Below are positions 1 through 13,349 of a stretch of DNA of 64,000 nt, one piece after another (the first letter of the stretch is position 1; the number at the start of each line of letters is the position of its first letter). The translations under genes were made by a program, and so were the position numbers. The stretch comes from Geosiphon pyriformis uo1 (Eukaryota; Fungi; Glomeromycota). The notes under the pieces were generated by a model that saw only the letters and a program-made list of their open reading frames with translations, was not told the origin of the DNA and did not search any database. Where the stretch lies: contig JAAOMT010000760.1 in the NCBI GenBank assembly GCA_016748015.1, positions 758,216 through 822,215 of the forward strand, written 5' to 3'.

Positions 1-166
1 CATACCTAATTTAGTTTTGTATAACTAGAAAAAATGTCATGCCATGCCAGGCTAGTCCGGACCATGATGACATAAATTTGCAACGGCTAGCGTATTTTTC
101 AAAGGGAACGATGAAACACACTAATTAAAAAAGAGCGTATCCCGGTTGTAAAACCTGGTAATCTCA

Positions 167-219
167 TTTAACCATTGAACTTATTCAATATCGCCGATTG
201 AATAAGTTCAATGATTAAA
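167..219. repeat. Near-perfect inverted repeat / hairpin (23-bp arms, 7-nt loop)
   Basis: tttaaccattgaacttattcaat-atcgccg-attgaataagttcaatgattaaa; arms 167-189 and 197-219 are complementary with one mismatch (c172/a214). Confidence 0.85.
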
Positions 220-2555
220 AGAACTGTGAAGTAGTCAAAAAAGGAAAAGAATTTTCATAGTGATCATCCATAATTTTTAAGGCGTATATTTGCATTGCAT
301 CATTATATCATTGTGCTTTTGTTATTTTTATAAATAGAATACTAAACGTGTAAAAGACAAAGTATTTGCTCTAACTACCTAAAATAAACTCAAAAAATTT
401 ATTTCTTTTTAGCAAATAATTCTTTGATAACTATGATTTACTCCTGAAAATATGATGAAAATTAATTAGCTACTATTTCATATATATTGTTAAGTATACT
501 ATCAATTGTTCCCATCAGATAAGCGGTTTCATGCAAATCCTTATTAGATTTAATTTATAAAAATCTTTTTTCAATTAACCATCATCAAAACCATACTTTG
601 TGCTTTGAACACTAAAAGCAAATATTGATTTCCTTCGGTTTACTGTTGGTTTGTGCGAGTCAAAATACCCATTTATAGTCTCATTGAGAAATTTATACTT
701 TTTTACAGAAATATTTTTATCAAAAATTAATAAAGGTTCAGAAACGTGTCCAATCTAATAGATACAACCCAAGAAAAGGTAAAAGTAGCTATTTGTTTTT
801 GTTTTTTCTTAAATGATTGTTTTATTTGATTATATTCACTCACCCATCAGGTAATTATGAAAAGCTTGTTGTTAACTTGATATAGCAAAAAGTTAATTTA
901 AAATTTTCATTTTTTTATGTAATTGTAGTATTGTTTTTTTACAAATGTTCTAAATATGAATTATTTGTACAATATCATTTTTATTAATCTTGAATTTTAA
1001 TTTTTGTTTTAAAAAAAATTTCTTATGATTAATTATAATTTTATAATTCTTAGACCAATTATTGTAATTATTAATTTATTTAATAATTATTACAAAATAA
1101 ATTTATGAAACATAATAGTATTTTTTATTACTTTTAATATTGTTAGTTTATTAATTGAATTATTATTTGTTTTAAATTTTTTTCAAAAATTTTAAATAAA
1201 AAATAATGATTGATATTAATTTGATTAATAATAATAAATTCTATATACTGTATAATTTTTAATGAATTAGTTATAAAAAAATTTTATTCAATAATTTTAA
1301 GTTTGATTTTTAAGATATATAAAAAAATAATTGAACTTTATTGTATTTACTTAATCAATTAATTTTGTGAGTTTTTTAATATTATGCAAAATTAAAGATT
1401 TTATTAAATTATTAAATTTTTGGTTAAATATATGACTTTATTCCAAAAATGGAATATTTTTTTGCATTATATTTATGAATAAAGTTATGAATCAAAATAA
1501 GAAAAATATATATTTAATAAAAAAAATAATAATAACCAAAATTATTTGTAATACGATATAAAAAATATCAAAAAATTACAAAATATCTAATTTTATTAAA
1601 AATTAAACTCTATTTCAATGTTTAATAACTTATTTAAAAAACTTGAAGCTATTTTATTTTATTTTAAAGTAATAAAAATTATTATATAATTTTATTTAAT
1701 ATACATATTATCTATATTAAATCATCTTTTAAATATTACAAAACTTTGTTAAAAAATTGTAATCTTGTTAAACGGTTTTAAAACAAACTTATTAACCATT
1801 ACTTAAAAAATTTGATAAAATTCTTCAACAAATATAAAAAAACAATAATACAAAATAAAATTACAAATATAACTAATAATATTACAGAAATCACAATTAA
1901 TTAAGCTTATATAAGTTAAATTTATATGTTATTTTAATCACAAAAGTATTTGTTATAATAATAATAATAATAATAATACTTAATTTTATTATTAATGTGT
2001 TCAAAGAATTCAGGTTTTGTTTAATGCAAAAAGAAGACACTTTAAATATTTACTTGTATGCATTTTAGAAATAGATTTTTGTATATAATTTTTTTTTAAT
2101 TTCAATAAAACTGTTTGTCCTTACTTTTGAGTGGAACTTTATACGTTAAAATTGGGAATAATTGTCAATATTATAAATATTTTAAGTAATGTTATGATTT
2201 TTTATTATGTAATTACAATTATATTTCATACACAAATTTAAAATTAATAACTGATCTTTTTTATTATTAATGATAATAAATGATTTAATAACTTAGGCAC
2301 TTAGGCAAATATTTATAATAATTTAATTTGATGAGGTATTTTTTTTAGTGTAGATTTAAAAGCTAGTTCGTCCATTTAACCAAAAGTGACGAAAGGAACT
2401 AGGACTGTTTACCTTAAGGTAATTGTAAAACTTTATGGCTTCTTCTCTTCTTTGCTATGAATTAAAGGAGGTAAAGAGGGTAAAATAAAATGAAATCTAC
2501 TTATTTTAATTTATTAAATATAATATCGCATATGTAAAATTTTTGGTTCAAGATT

Positions 2556-3350
2556 TTACAAAAGACCCAACACAATGGTGACAACGGGAACCAACAACAA
2601 AGCAAATTCAACAAAAAATTTCTTTAAAGCGAAGGAAGTGTTTGAGTTACCAGATTTGTTATCTGAACTACTTGAAGAATTGTTAGTGGTACTAGTACTA
2701 GTGGTATTAGCTTTAATAACCTTAATATCCGCACACTGATACCAAGTGGTGTTACCCTCTCTGGATTTATAGACGCCTTGTAAAACACCATTTTGACCTA
2801 CGGTTGCGTTGGCTTTTTTGAGGTCGACCTGGGTGATGTATGGGGTACGTTTGGTATGGGTTGGGTCTTCCTCAACTTGGACGTCAACAGTAGCGTCTGA
2901 TGAATTGTTTAATTGATTAGGAAAATCATTTCTTCATGATTGCTTATGAATTCAAAAATTTATCTTTCATTAAATAAATGCTTACTATTGACTGAGACAA
3001 ATGTGCCATTAGAATTTGGGGCAAAGTAGAAGGATATGGTACCGTTCCCATCACCGAAACTCACGTTGACATTGCCCACTTTTTGAATTTTATGCAAAAT
3101 GTTAAACGAAATTCACACAGTAAAACAAGATTTTGAGATTTCATATCATACCAATGGGAAAGTCGCTCTTTGATGTCTCATTGACGACATCATAACCACC
3201 GCATGGTGCGATAGAAGCATTAGCAACCGATGGGCCACGTCTTGTTGGAGTTTCAAATCGAAAGTGAGCGTTAACAATCAACAAGTGAAAACTTGCAAGA
3301 GTAAACAAAGCGAGTATCAGGGTGTGATAGGTTGGTTTAATGAAAGTCAT
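2556..3350 (-). CDS. Secreted, probably GPI-anchored copper acquisition factor BIM1-like / LPMO-like X325 family protein (3 exons: 3350-3152, 3078-2986, 2896-2556)
   Basis: Signal peptide ends ...IVNA|H, giving an N-terminal His. Family motifs HFRFETPTRRG, APCGG and WYQCADI are present, followed by a Ser/Thr/Asn-rich linker and hydrophobic C-terminus (FALLLVPVVTIVLGLL*). Two GT..AG introns give an in-frame join. Confidence 0.85.
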
Positions 3351-3474
3351 GTTGCTAATGAAATAAGATAAGGATGTGTTTCTTTGGGGAAAATTATGAA
3401 GAGAGTAAAATCTAGAAGAAAAAACTTAGAAAATAAAGAATTTTATGAAGCCGTGAACACTATAAACAGGAAGA

Positions 3475-3566
3475 TTTATAGGTGAAGAAAACTTTTCTCT
3501 CATCATGAATGGTCATTTTATAGATGATCCTTTAACTGGTAGGGTGCAAGTAACTGGTAAGGTGCA
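3475..3566 (-). promoter_or_regulatory. Putative promoter of the BIM1-like gene: TATAAA (3480-3475) plus a tandem 16-bp direct repeat
   Basis: taactggtagggtgca (3533-3548) and taactggtaaggtgca (3551-3566) lie about 180-215 bp upstream of the ATG; the TATA-like box is about 125 bp upstream. Confidence 0.35.
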
Positions 3567-6500
3567 CCCTCAATCATGGGCGAAAACTAAAATTCTTGCC
3601 ACGTAAGACACTGGTAGCACCACCTTTTTTCCTAATTTTTTGTACTGCAAAAGTTTTCATTACATTGGTCGACTACCACATGTTTCTCGCAAAAGAACTT
3701 TCTTTTTCGAAGATGTGCGGTAATGAGTTTATCAAATCATTCATTAACCAAACAGCAGGAGATCTCGTCTATATCGAAAAAATTTAATGATACACAATCC
3801 TAGCCGTTGGAGATCATTTTATAACATTTTCAATACTTTTGATTGGTTTCAAGGATTATGAAACCTTATCAAATATTTTGCAATGTTTGATATATTTATT
3901 TAGCTTACTTCAAAAAAATCCACAATAAAAAAGCAAATTTCTTTTTTTGTATAACTTATTTCTAAATTTGCTAACTCAAAAGTGATGTAAAGGAAGACAA
4001 AACATAACCCTTAAAATTAGTAAAAAAGATTTAATTGTGGTCAAAAATTCGATAAGCCACATTATTGTGAATTCTCAAAGATGTGGTGTGTATAATTGAT
4101 AAATACGCCACGCTTATTTTTACTCAAGGTTTAAACTTTAAACGAACAACAGTAGTCAATGCAGTGTTCATTGATGGAAGTAGCTAATGCAATCTTACTA
4201 ATGACAAAAAAAAAGAGCAAATAACCCCTTAATTTAATTGAAATAAGGATCAAGGGTTATGGATGTATTTTGGCCAAAAGGTTAAAAAGATAATAAAATT
4301 GGATCCCATAAATTTGAACGCACATTTGTAATTCTAATGACCAAAAGAATTTATTAAAATCAGCAAAGTTGAAAATTCCCATTTATTTCATCCCTTGACA
4401 AATGTGATCGTTCAAATAATGGCTCTAAAAGGAAATACAGCGAAAGATATTATTCTTTTCCTAAAGGCAATTTCTCTAATTTTAGCGTCAAAATTATTAG
4501 GCTTTTTCAGGTGTCGCTAAATTATGATTATTTTTAAATGTTGAATTTAAAAACCCTAGATTTCCAATAAAAAATTTGGTTACTGATCGTCAAAATATTT
4601 AGTAGATATATGTAAATGAATTTATTTAAAGCGCAAGGTTTACATTAGAAAGCAATTCTATGAAAAAAATTGGTATCGAGCTCTGAATCCCCGCATTATT
4701 CGCATTCAAATCTTTGCGTTAAAGTATAGTAACTGAGCAAAACATAACATCTGAAAATGATAAATCAAAACTGCCTGATTTTTCCTGGCCCAAAGACGAT
4801 AAAATTATTTCGCTGAAAATTTCAATATAGCAAATTAAGTTGTCAAAAACAATAAAAAATAGATATTTCTGATTTTTATAAAGACGATCTTTTCGAATTA
4901 AAACCAATTAATGTAATTCAATTACATTACCCTTTATATTTAGCCTATTGATATGAATTAGTGGAAAACAGCTGTTTTTCCCGCCGGTGGTTATTAAAAA
5001 AATATGTAAAGGATTCTAAAGCAAAAATACCTCTCAATCTTATCTTGGCAAAAATCTACGAAAACTATTATGATTTTCTTTACAGGTCAAGTTGAAGACA
5101 TTTTTCAACTTTTACTTTGCTTTGATGGAGTTTTTGATACTTTTTTTTGGCAAAGCAATTTACATTTTAAAATTTCTCTGCTAATTTCTATTGAAAAAAA
5201 TTCTAACCAGAAATTTAATTATATAAAGAAGAGTCGAAGAAACAACTTTAGAAACTTATAAAATTCTCATTGATAATCTTATTTAAGATTTTGAGAACTA
5301 TACAAACTTTCAATAGTATTTTAAAAAAAAACTTCTGTATATAATAACACAAATAATAAATAGCTGAATTAATTTGATCAAAAAACCAAATTCAGCTTTT
5401 TTAGCAAATATAAATAATTTTTTTTATAATTAAATTTGTTAAATAAAATATTAAAAAAATTATTTTGTAAAATTATTATTTATTAAAAGACTTATTATGA
5501 TGTGATTATTACTTAACAAATAATAATAAGAATAATAAGAATAATCATAATATTATTATTAAATAATTTTTAAATTTTTTATATATAGCTATATTAAATA
5601 CAAAATTTTAGCAATTAATAAAATTTAATTAATGTTTAAATTAAAATTTTTATTTATAAAAAAATTACATATATATTTTTATTACACTTTTAGGAGAGCA
5701 TAATATTTTATTTTTTTGTATTTAAATGTATATAAAAACTTAAATAAATTTTTTTAAAATTGAAAACAAAATCAAAATAAATATTAATAAATATTCTTTT
5801 ATTTATTATATGTTAATTTTATTCTCAATTAAATAACTTATAATTTATAAATTCAATTCAATTTGTTTTTGTTTTAATTTAGTTACTATTAATATTTTTA
5901 TATTGACTTATTATTTTATAAAATAATATAATTTAACAATAAAATATTAATTTAAATAATAATATAATAATAATATGATTGAAAGATAAAAATAATATGA
6001 TAGAAAGATAACAAAAATTAATAACAATAAATATATATTCTTGGATGTAAAAAATAAATTTTACATTAAAGATTTAATATTAAAACATAATAAAATAATT
6101 ATTATAAAATAATTGCTTTAACATAAAATAATAATGTTTTTTGTATAAAAAATTCAATTAATATTATTATTATTATATGTGTCATTAAATTTTTTATGTT
6201 GCCCAAATATATTCAAATATTAATAATTAATATTAAATGTTTAAAAATATTTTATTTGAAAACTTTTACAAAATTTTTAATTTAACATCTTAAAAATTGT
6301 CAAAATATTGTTTACAAGGTATTTTTATTCTCTTTGATTATTAATAACCATTAAAGTCGCAAATTTGAATTATACTTCTCAAAAGATTGATTAATAAATA
6401 AATTGCAATCTAATCAATCTCAAATTAAAAACACACATTTAAAATAATTATTTATTATATAAAAATTTGTATTAGGTCAAAAAAACAAATAAAATATTTT

Positions 6501-7634
6501 TACTTTTATACACCAAGAGAATGGAAAGTTATTTATGATTTTAATGTTTTCAATAAATTATAATATAAAAAAATAACTTTAATCGTCAATTGAAAAAACA
6601 TTTAATTTAAAAAGAGATTCAATAAACTAAATTAAGAATTTAAAAATGTTTATTAATTAATTATTGTTATAATTAAATTAACCATTGGCTTTAGCATTCA
6701 TTCAATATATTTATCGCTTAATTTATTAATATTTAATTGGTTTTTATATTTTCAAAAAATTTAATCGAGTTTTTTTGCTGAAATATAAAATATATATATA
6801 AATACCAAAATATACTGTCAAAAAAGAGAATCTCAAATATATTTAAATTGAATACTTATTTAAAAATTTATTTTGTTAACTTAATTTCAATATAATTTTC
6901 AACTATTTATAAATACGACTGATTTGTAGTTGTATTGTAAAAATTTAATTTAAAACAGTGGTAGATTTATTTATTGAATTATGTTATGATAATATATATT
7001 TTCTAGACTATACCGTTTTAATATTTGAAAAATTTTGATATCAATTCGTAATTCAATGGTGGACCTGGATCAATTACTCTTTTTGCATGACAATTTATCT
7101 TCCGTAACTGGTCGTTTGCGCTCCTGATTTATGAAATTTTATGGGAGGTAAAAAGGTTTATAGGAAACGTTTTATCCTTATTTTGTTTTTTTTTTGTTTT
7201 TCATTAAATATTAATTTCGAGTACTTTAATAATAAATTCGGGATTGTCAAAATAAAGAACTGAAAATTATTAAACTTTTAAAATTTTTAACGAAGGCTAT
7301 ACTAATAACCAACAAATAGGTTATTTGCGAACCAATGAAAAAATAGGTGCGCCTTATTTAACTAAGCCTGCATAGTGTGATCAGGAAAAGATCGGAATCC
7401 TTCATTAAAAAGCCACAGTATTTATATTTTGACACAGCTTCACTCATATTCCAAAGATTCAGGAATATTTCACAAACCATCCCCATTGACGACGAAATAT
7501 TATCAAGTCGCGTTATTTATTATTTGAAAATTTGAAAAAATAAGCGTGATATCAAGTTTGATATAACCAACGGCGAAAGTATATTTCCACATTTCTATTA
7601 TATCAAGTTTCTTTTAATCAATTATTAACAATAG

Positions 7635-10600
7635 ACAAAAATCTTCCTCCAATTATAATCTAGTGTCTGATACACCAGCGAATCTCCACCTTTCAGAAGC
7701 AATTTTAGATTCACCCACTTTTCGTGCAAATGTTCGACATTTTGAAGAGCAGGTTGATTATTTCGAGAAATGGCTGGATGGATTGTGGAAATCTTTAAAG
7801 AACTATGTTGATGAAATGATAAGTTAGTTTGGAATAAAAAACGCTTAATAATTGTCTTGGATTTGATTCTAGGAGAATCAGCTTTTTGAGATTTTGCTCA
7901 GCTTTAACATTGTTGTCTTTTTGAACTTAGAATTCAACGAAGCTAGTAATTTGCTCGCGCAGCGTTCTCTACCATTCCATGTTGAAGATTCGATGATTGG
8001 TCTGTTTTTTTTTATAAATTCAAATTAGAAATCTTTGCAATGGGTCTCATTCCCTTCCATACTCATCCCACATGTTTTATCCCCAAAAAAGATGGCGACT
8101 TCAGTTTACCGGCCATAAAAACTTTTTCTGATGCATTACAAAGTTCATTGACTTTGAAAAAGAAACTGGTCCGTGAAATGAATAGAACCTTCAGCGGGAG
8201 ATTCAGACCCCATCCCTATACTAATGATTCTTACATCGGAATTTCATTGTAGGTCAGTGATATGGATGAAAATTTGCTCCAGCCTATTTCTCAGTTTATC
8301 AAGACTGACCTCAGGGAGTTCAAGGTATATTTTTTTCATCTAATGAAAGAGCTTCACCATATTCTATATCTTAAATAAATAAATATATATATGTATACAT
8401 GTTGCAGGAGGCACGCCGTAATTATGACCAGAGCCTAGAACGATATGAAAATATACTTTCCAGATATACGTCACAATCAAAAACAAAGGAAGCTAGTTCT
8501 CTAAGAGAAGTAAATATTTCATCATTCAATTTTTGATCGCCTTATATTCCTCATTCTTCATTCCTCTTTCCTAGGATGCTTTCCAACTATATGAGGTCCG
8601 CAAAAGTTATATAAGAGTGTCTTTGGAATATTCATTGAAAATTATCCAATTTCGTACTTCAGCCGATCACTTACTGCTGGAGCAGGTTTGGAACAAACCC
8701 TGGATTTTTTGTTTCCTTTTTACTTGGTGTGAAAATGCTAATCATTCATATATTTTAATTTGATTCCAATTTAGTTCCTTGCAGGAACCCACGCGCAATT
8801 TGATTTTCACGAATCTAGTAATGAAGTATATCAGAAACTAGAGAATCTATTGGATAGCTTAAAATGTTGGCTAGGGGAGGTTGGGATCTTAATTTTACCT
8901 ATTGCCAGCGAATTTTCATATCTCAAATATTGACAAAATTATGCTCCATAAAAACAAACTAGAGCAAAAAAGCAACAGACTTCCAATTACCTCGGCTTCA
9001 AAAACTTAGAGAAAAGCTAGAGGAGGTGATTAATTAAGAACATTTGAATGTATGATATTTTCTTTCGAAATGACGCATATCACTTTCATCACTTTTTGCT
9101 TGATAGGAAGCAATATCTATGGCAAAACCGCGTCGAAATCTTACGAAATACAAAGATCATGCTTCTTCCAATCTTTCAAGTTCAAATACCACCGATCAAC
9201 CATCCTCACAAGATATTTCGTCGAAGCCCACCCAAGATCCTAATAAAGAAGGTTATCTTTTTATACGAATAATAGCCGGAAAGCCAGCAAGATTTGTTTG
9301 GTCTCGAAAATTCTTTATCCTGAGGGAAGGCACATTTTGGTGGTCTTCTGTGGGTCAAGGAAAACAACGTAGTATTGTGGAAGAAAGTGAAAGGATTGGA
9401 GTACTTTTATGTGAAATTCGAGTAGACCAGACACAAGATCGGCGGTATTGCTTTGAAATTGTTTGTGGTGCGAAGCAGTAAGGATCCGTTTTCAATTTCG
9501 AATTATCATTACTAATTCAATTGTTGTATAAATGAGATATTTAAATATTTTTAATCTCTCTCTAATAGGACAACATATTTATTGCAAGCCGAGACAGAGA
9601 CCGAACTCAAAGAATGGATGGCAGTTTTTGAATCAGCCAAACGACACGCGTTTACCAATACAATTGACTTCAGTTCATCTGCTGCTGCTGCTGTTGCCAA
9701 GACAGAAAATGAGCTATTGAATGGTGAAGAGAACGGATCTCAAAAAGAACCAAATCACATAGAAGGAGACTCGAACAATAGTTTTGTTGAAGTTAACCCT
9801 ACTGATATTAAAGAGATGCCATCCCCATTATTAATACCAACAGCACCAACCTCAGCAACTTTAATGCGCAAACGCTCAGGATCTGTGTTATCTAGCATAA
9901 GCTTTTCCGGGAATTCTACGCCAAAATCACCACTTAACCATTCTTCTAATATACCAAATTCTTCGCTCCAAAATGAGAATTCATCAGCAAGTAATCCAGC
10001 GACAAGCCAAGCCAATTTCTGGGGAACTATTCAATGGGGGCTTATGCCAGCTGTGAATCTTTTAATGAATACGGTTAATGCTTTGGAAGGGGATGCTGGA
10101 AATATCGCAGGAAAAGAAAAAGGGGCTGGAAAAAAGTCCTCCTTGACATTTAGTAAAGATGGTAGATCGGGTAGTGGGAGCCTACATGTTGGATCTGGTA
10201 GTGACAGGTAATTTTTAAAATTTTCTTTTTAATTTCCTTTAATTTTTTTCGATTATGAAATTTATTGCAATTTTTAGAACAATATCAAACTATTCACAAG
10301 ATTTACTTTTGCACAATATTGAACTTCATTGTTGGTTCAAACCTGAAATTGATGAAATGGAATTTGTACTTGACGGTACGAGAAATAATTTTTTTAAAAA
10401 GAGGTTGAACATTTAACAAAACTAAGTCATTTGTCTTTTATTTAGTGTTTCAATGTGCATGGGCAAAGGAAAATATACTATTCAAAGGTCGAGCATATTT
10501 GACCCAAAAAAAATTATATTTTTATTCGGATGTTATGAGCCTTTTACACAAGGTAGGTATTCAAGTAAATATTTACCTTTGTGGACCTCCTCAAAAAAAC

Positions 10601-13349
10601 TTGTCGCATCCGGAAATAACTTTTTCTCCATCCCTTTCATACACTATTTACCGAATTTCCTAATTTGTGAATTGTTTTTTTCCAAAATTAGTTTTCTGTT
10701 CCATGGCATGACCTAAAGAGAGTTGCACAAACGTCCACTAATCTACAACAAACACTAGAATTTATCATGCATGGACCAGAAAAGGTAACCCTGGAGGAAA
10801 TTTGTCTTTACTAATTTGTGTAATATTATCGTATTTTTGATTGATGGACTGCTTCTTTGCCAATTTAGTATGTCCTCAAAACATTTCTTGAATCGGGACA
10901 CTTGTTTTGCACCAAAGTCCAATTGGTTTGGAAGAGTGTTGTTAATGATAAGGTATTGATTCAAAACTTCTTTCATTTAATCTTATCTTTTAATTACTTG
11001 AACCTTTTGTTGATTAACCAATTTCTCTTTCGGAATTTCAAAGGCGATGTCGCTTCAACTCTTATTTGATACACTTTGGGGCGTTGAAATAAACGCTACA
11101 AACAATAAATTAGTTGACGAAAAGAGACCTGTACGATTGCTATTGGAAAAGCCCGGGAAAGAAAATGTGGAAAAACAAGATGAATTGTCTTTAGCACCGG
11201 TTGTTAATAAGAAAAATTCAAACAATGAGATAAGGCATGAAGAGGGTCGTCCAGCTGAGGAATCAAAACCTCTTACACAGATTGATACAAAATCTTCGGA
11301 CAATAAGTATGTATTTTGGAAAGGCGTTTCGTGTGAGTTAATTTGTGAAATTGATAATTAATGGCGAATTTTGCTCCTCAAAAAAATTCCAGTCAACAGG
11401 ACACGCAGCAAGTTTCCAAGACTTCAAATGTCTCTAAAAAGCAGAAAAAGCTGGTGGCTGATGGTAATTACTTCGAAAGAGTCAATTTTAAGGATCTTAA
11501 ATTTGAATCTAAACTATTTTCTCAAATAGCAGAAGACGAATTTCCTCAGCATATTCCACACCCATCTGCTCCTGTAAATTGTGGTTGTTCCGATCATTTG
11601 GAGAGGCAAGAAGCTGTGCTTGAATTTCACGTATCGGCCAAAAAACTATTTGACATGTTATTTGACGAGAAAAGCACTTTTTGGGAAAGACTTCATAAAA
11701 AGAAAGGGAATCGGCTGCAGCATTTAGGATCCTGGGTTACAGATAATAGTAATGCCGAGGGGGAACGAAAAAGAGAAATTAAATTCGTAATGACGGTCAA
11801 TAATCCTATGGGTAAATAGTTATTGGTAAATGTTTCATTATGGTGCTTCAATTCACGTATACTTATGTTATTTTACGATTTTTTTCTTTCTACAGCCAAA
11901 GTAAAGGAAACCGATTGTATCGAAACCCAAATATGCCAAAAAAGAGGAGAATATTTGTCAGTTAAAATCTTTATTCCTACAAATTGAATCCTGACTTAAT
12001 TGAAAATTATTGACCCTCTTTCCGTTTAATCCCAGATGTTACGTTGTTTTAATACAGACCAAAGCTTTGCAATTGCCTTACAATGATGCATTTTTGCCAT
12101 TGGTAAAATACTGTATTACCTTTGTATCCACTACAACTTGCAAAATGACAATTAATATCGGTGTGAGATGGTTTAAGTCTCCTATGGTGAAAGGTGGGGA
12201 CTTCTTTTTTAAGTTTCATATCCTAAATTTCATCACTCAATTATTTTCATCCTTCATCTTAGCAATCATTCGAAAACATGCCATGGCGGGGTTAGCTGAA
12301 ACTGTAGTAGACGTGGTCACAATTCTAAAAGCTGACATTGCTCATTGTAACAAATTAATTCAAAGTGTGGCTGCACCTGCCCGACCACATGCACATACAA
12401 TTCATCGTCGATTCCATGCACATCACAAATCCCGGTCATTTCGACATACGAGCGGTGAAGAAAGCACTTCGATGAGCACACTTGTTTCAAGTAGTGTTCA
12501 TTCTGAAGTTAAAGTAGAACCTGTTGTTACATCTATTCCATCATCTCAATCAAAAGATACTTCAAACATATTGGATATACTTGTTCGTCTGTTAATGACA
12601 TTTGCAGATTCCTTTTCAATATTATCAAAATCCTCAAAAATAATGGGAATCATTTTAGTATTATCTATATTTATGAATTTTTATTTATGGTTTAGTTCTG
12701 GGAATATTTCCATCGAGAAAGCTGGTTTACGACGTGGTAGAGGGTTCAGCAAGGATGATGTCTGGAACCGGGCCGTTTACCTTCGAGATTTGGAGGAGGG
12801 CATAATAAATAATACAATGCAGTTACCCAAAATGATTCACGCTTCAAGGTTTTTAAGATTCTACAGTTACTTTCTGATCTTAAATCAGTATAAATTAAGT
12901 TCTTACCTATTTCAATTCCCCATTTTCAAAGCTATAATCAATTTCTTGACACCAGGTTAGACTACCCACCTTACCCATGGCTAATGCGATCACATCGTGT
13001 AGTTTCCGATGAAATATCAGTGGCACGGGAACGAATCGCTGTACTTCGGTACGATTTACTTTTAACTTTCCAACTACTAAATTCGGTTGATAAACGATTA
13101 TTCGAGAGTGAATACATGAATTGGTTGATGGATGAACGTGCCAAATGTGGGCAAGCAAGATGGATGATTTTGAAAGATTCAAATTTGAAAAATATGAAGA
13201 GTAAGAAATTATATGAAAAAGATGAGAAAGATCACCATAAGAAGGACGGTGGTGTTGGAAGGGCCGATGAATCGATGGAAGAACGGAAATTAGTAGAGGC
13301 TTATTGTCAAGATGTAGATACGCATTTAGGCATGTTTGGGACGCTTTAG
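7635..13349 (+). CDS. SIP3: SIP3/LAM1-like membrane-anchored lipid (sterol) transfer protein, BAR-PH-GRAM-VASt-TM; multi-exon; start codon not located (needs an upstream exon)
   Basis: BAR motifs LSEAILDSPTFRANVRHFEEQVD and KEASSLREDAFQLYEVRKSY; PH domain KEGYLF...DRRYCFEI...LQAETETELKEWMAVFE; GRAM-like GRAYLTQKKLYFYS; VASt CGCSDHLE...VSAKKLFDMLF...PYNDAF; TM IMGIILVLSIFMNFYLW. Many short GT-AG introns; stop TAG at 13347-13349. Confidence 0.88.

Noticed and set aside
2409-2422. Palindrome TTACCTTAAGGTAA resembling the yeast zinc-responsive element
   Set aside because: Spacing differs from ACCTTNAAGGT, it lies 3' of the gene and it is a single short instance.
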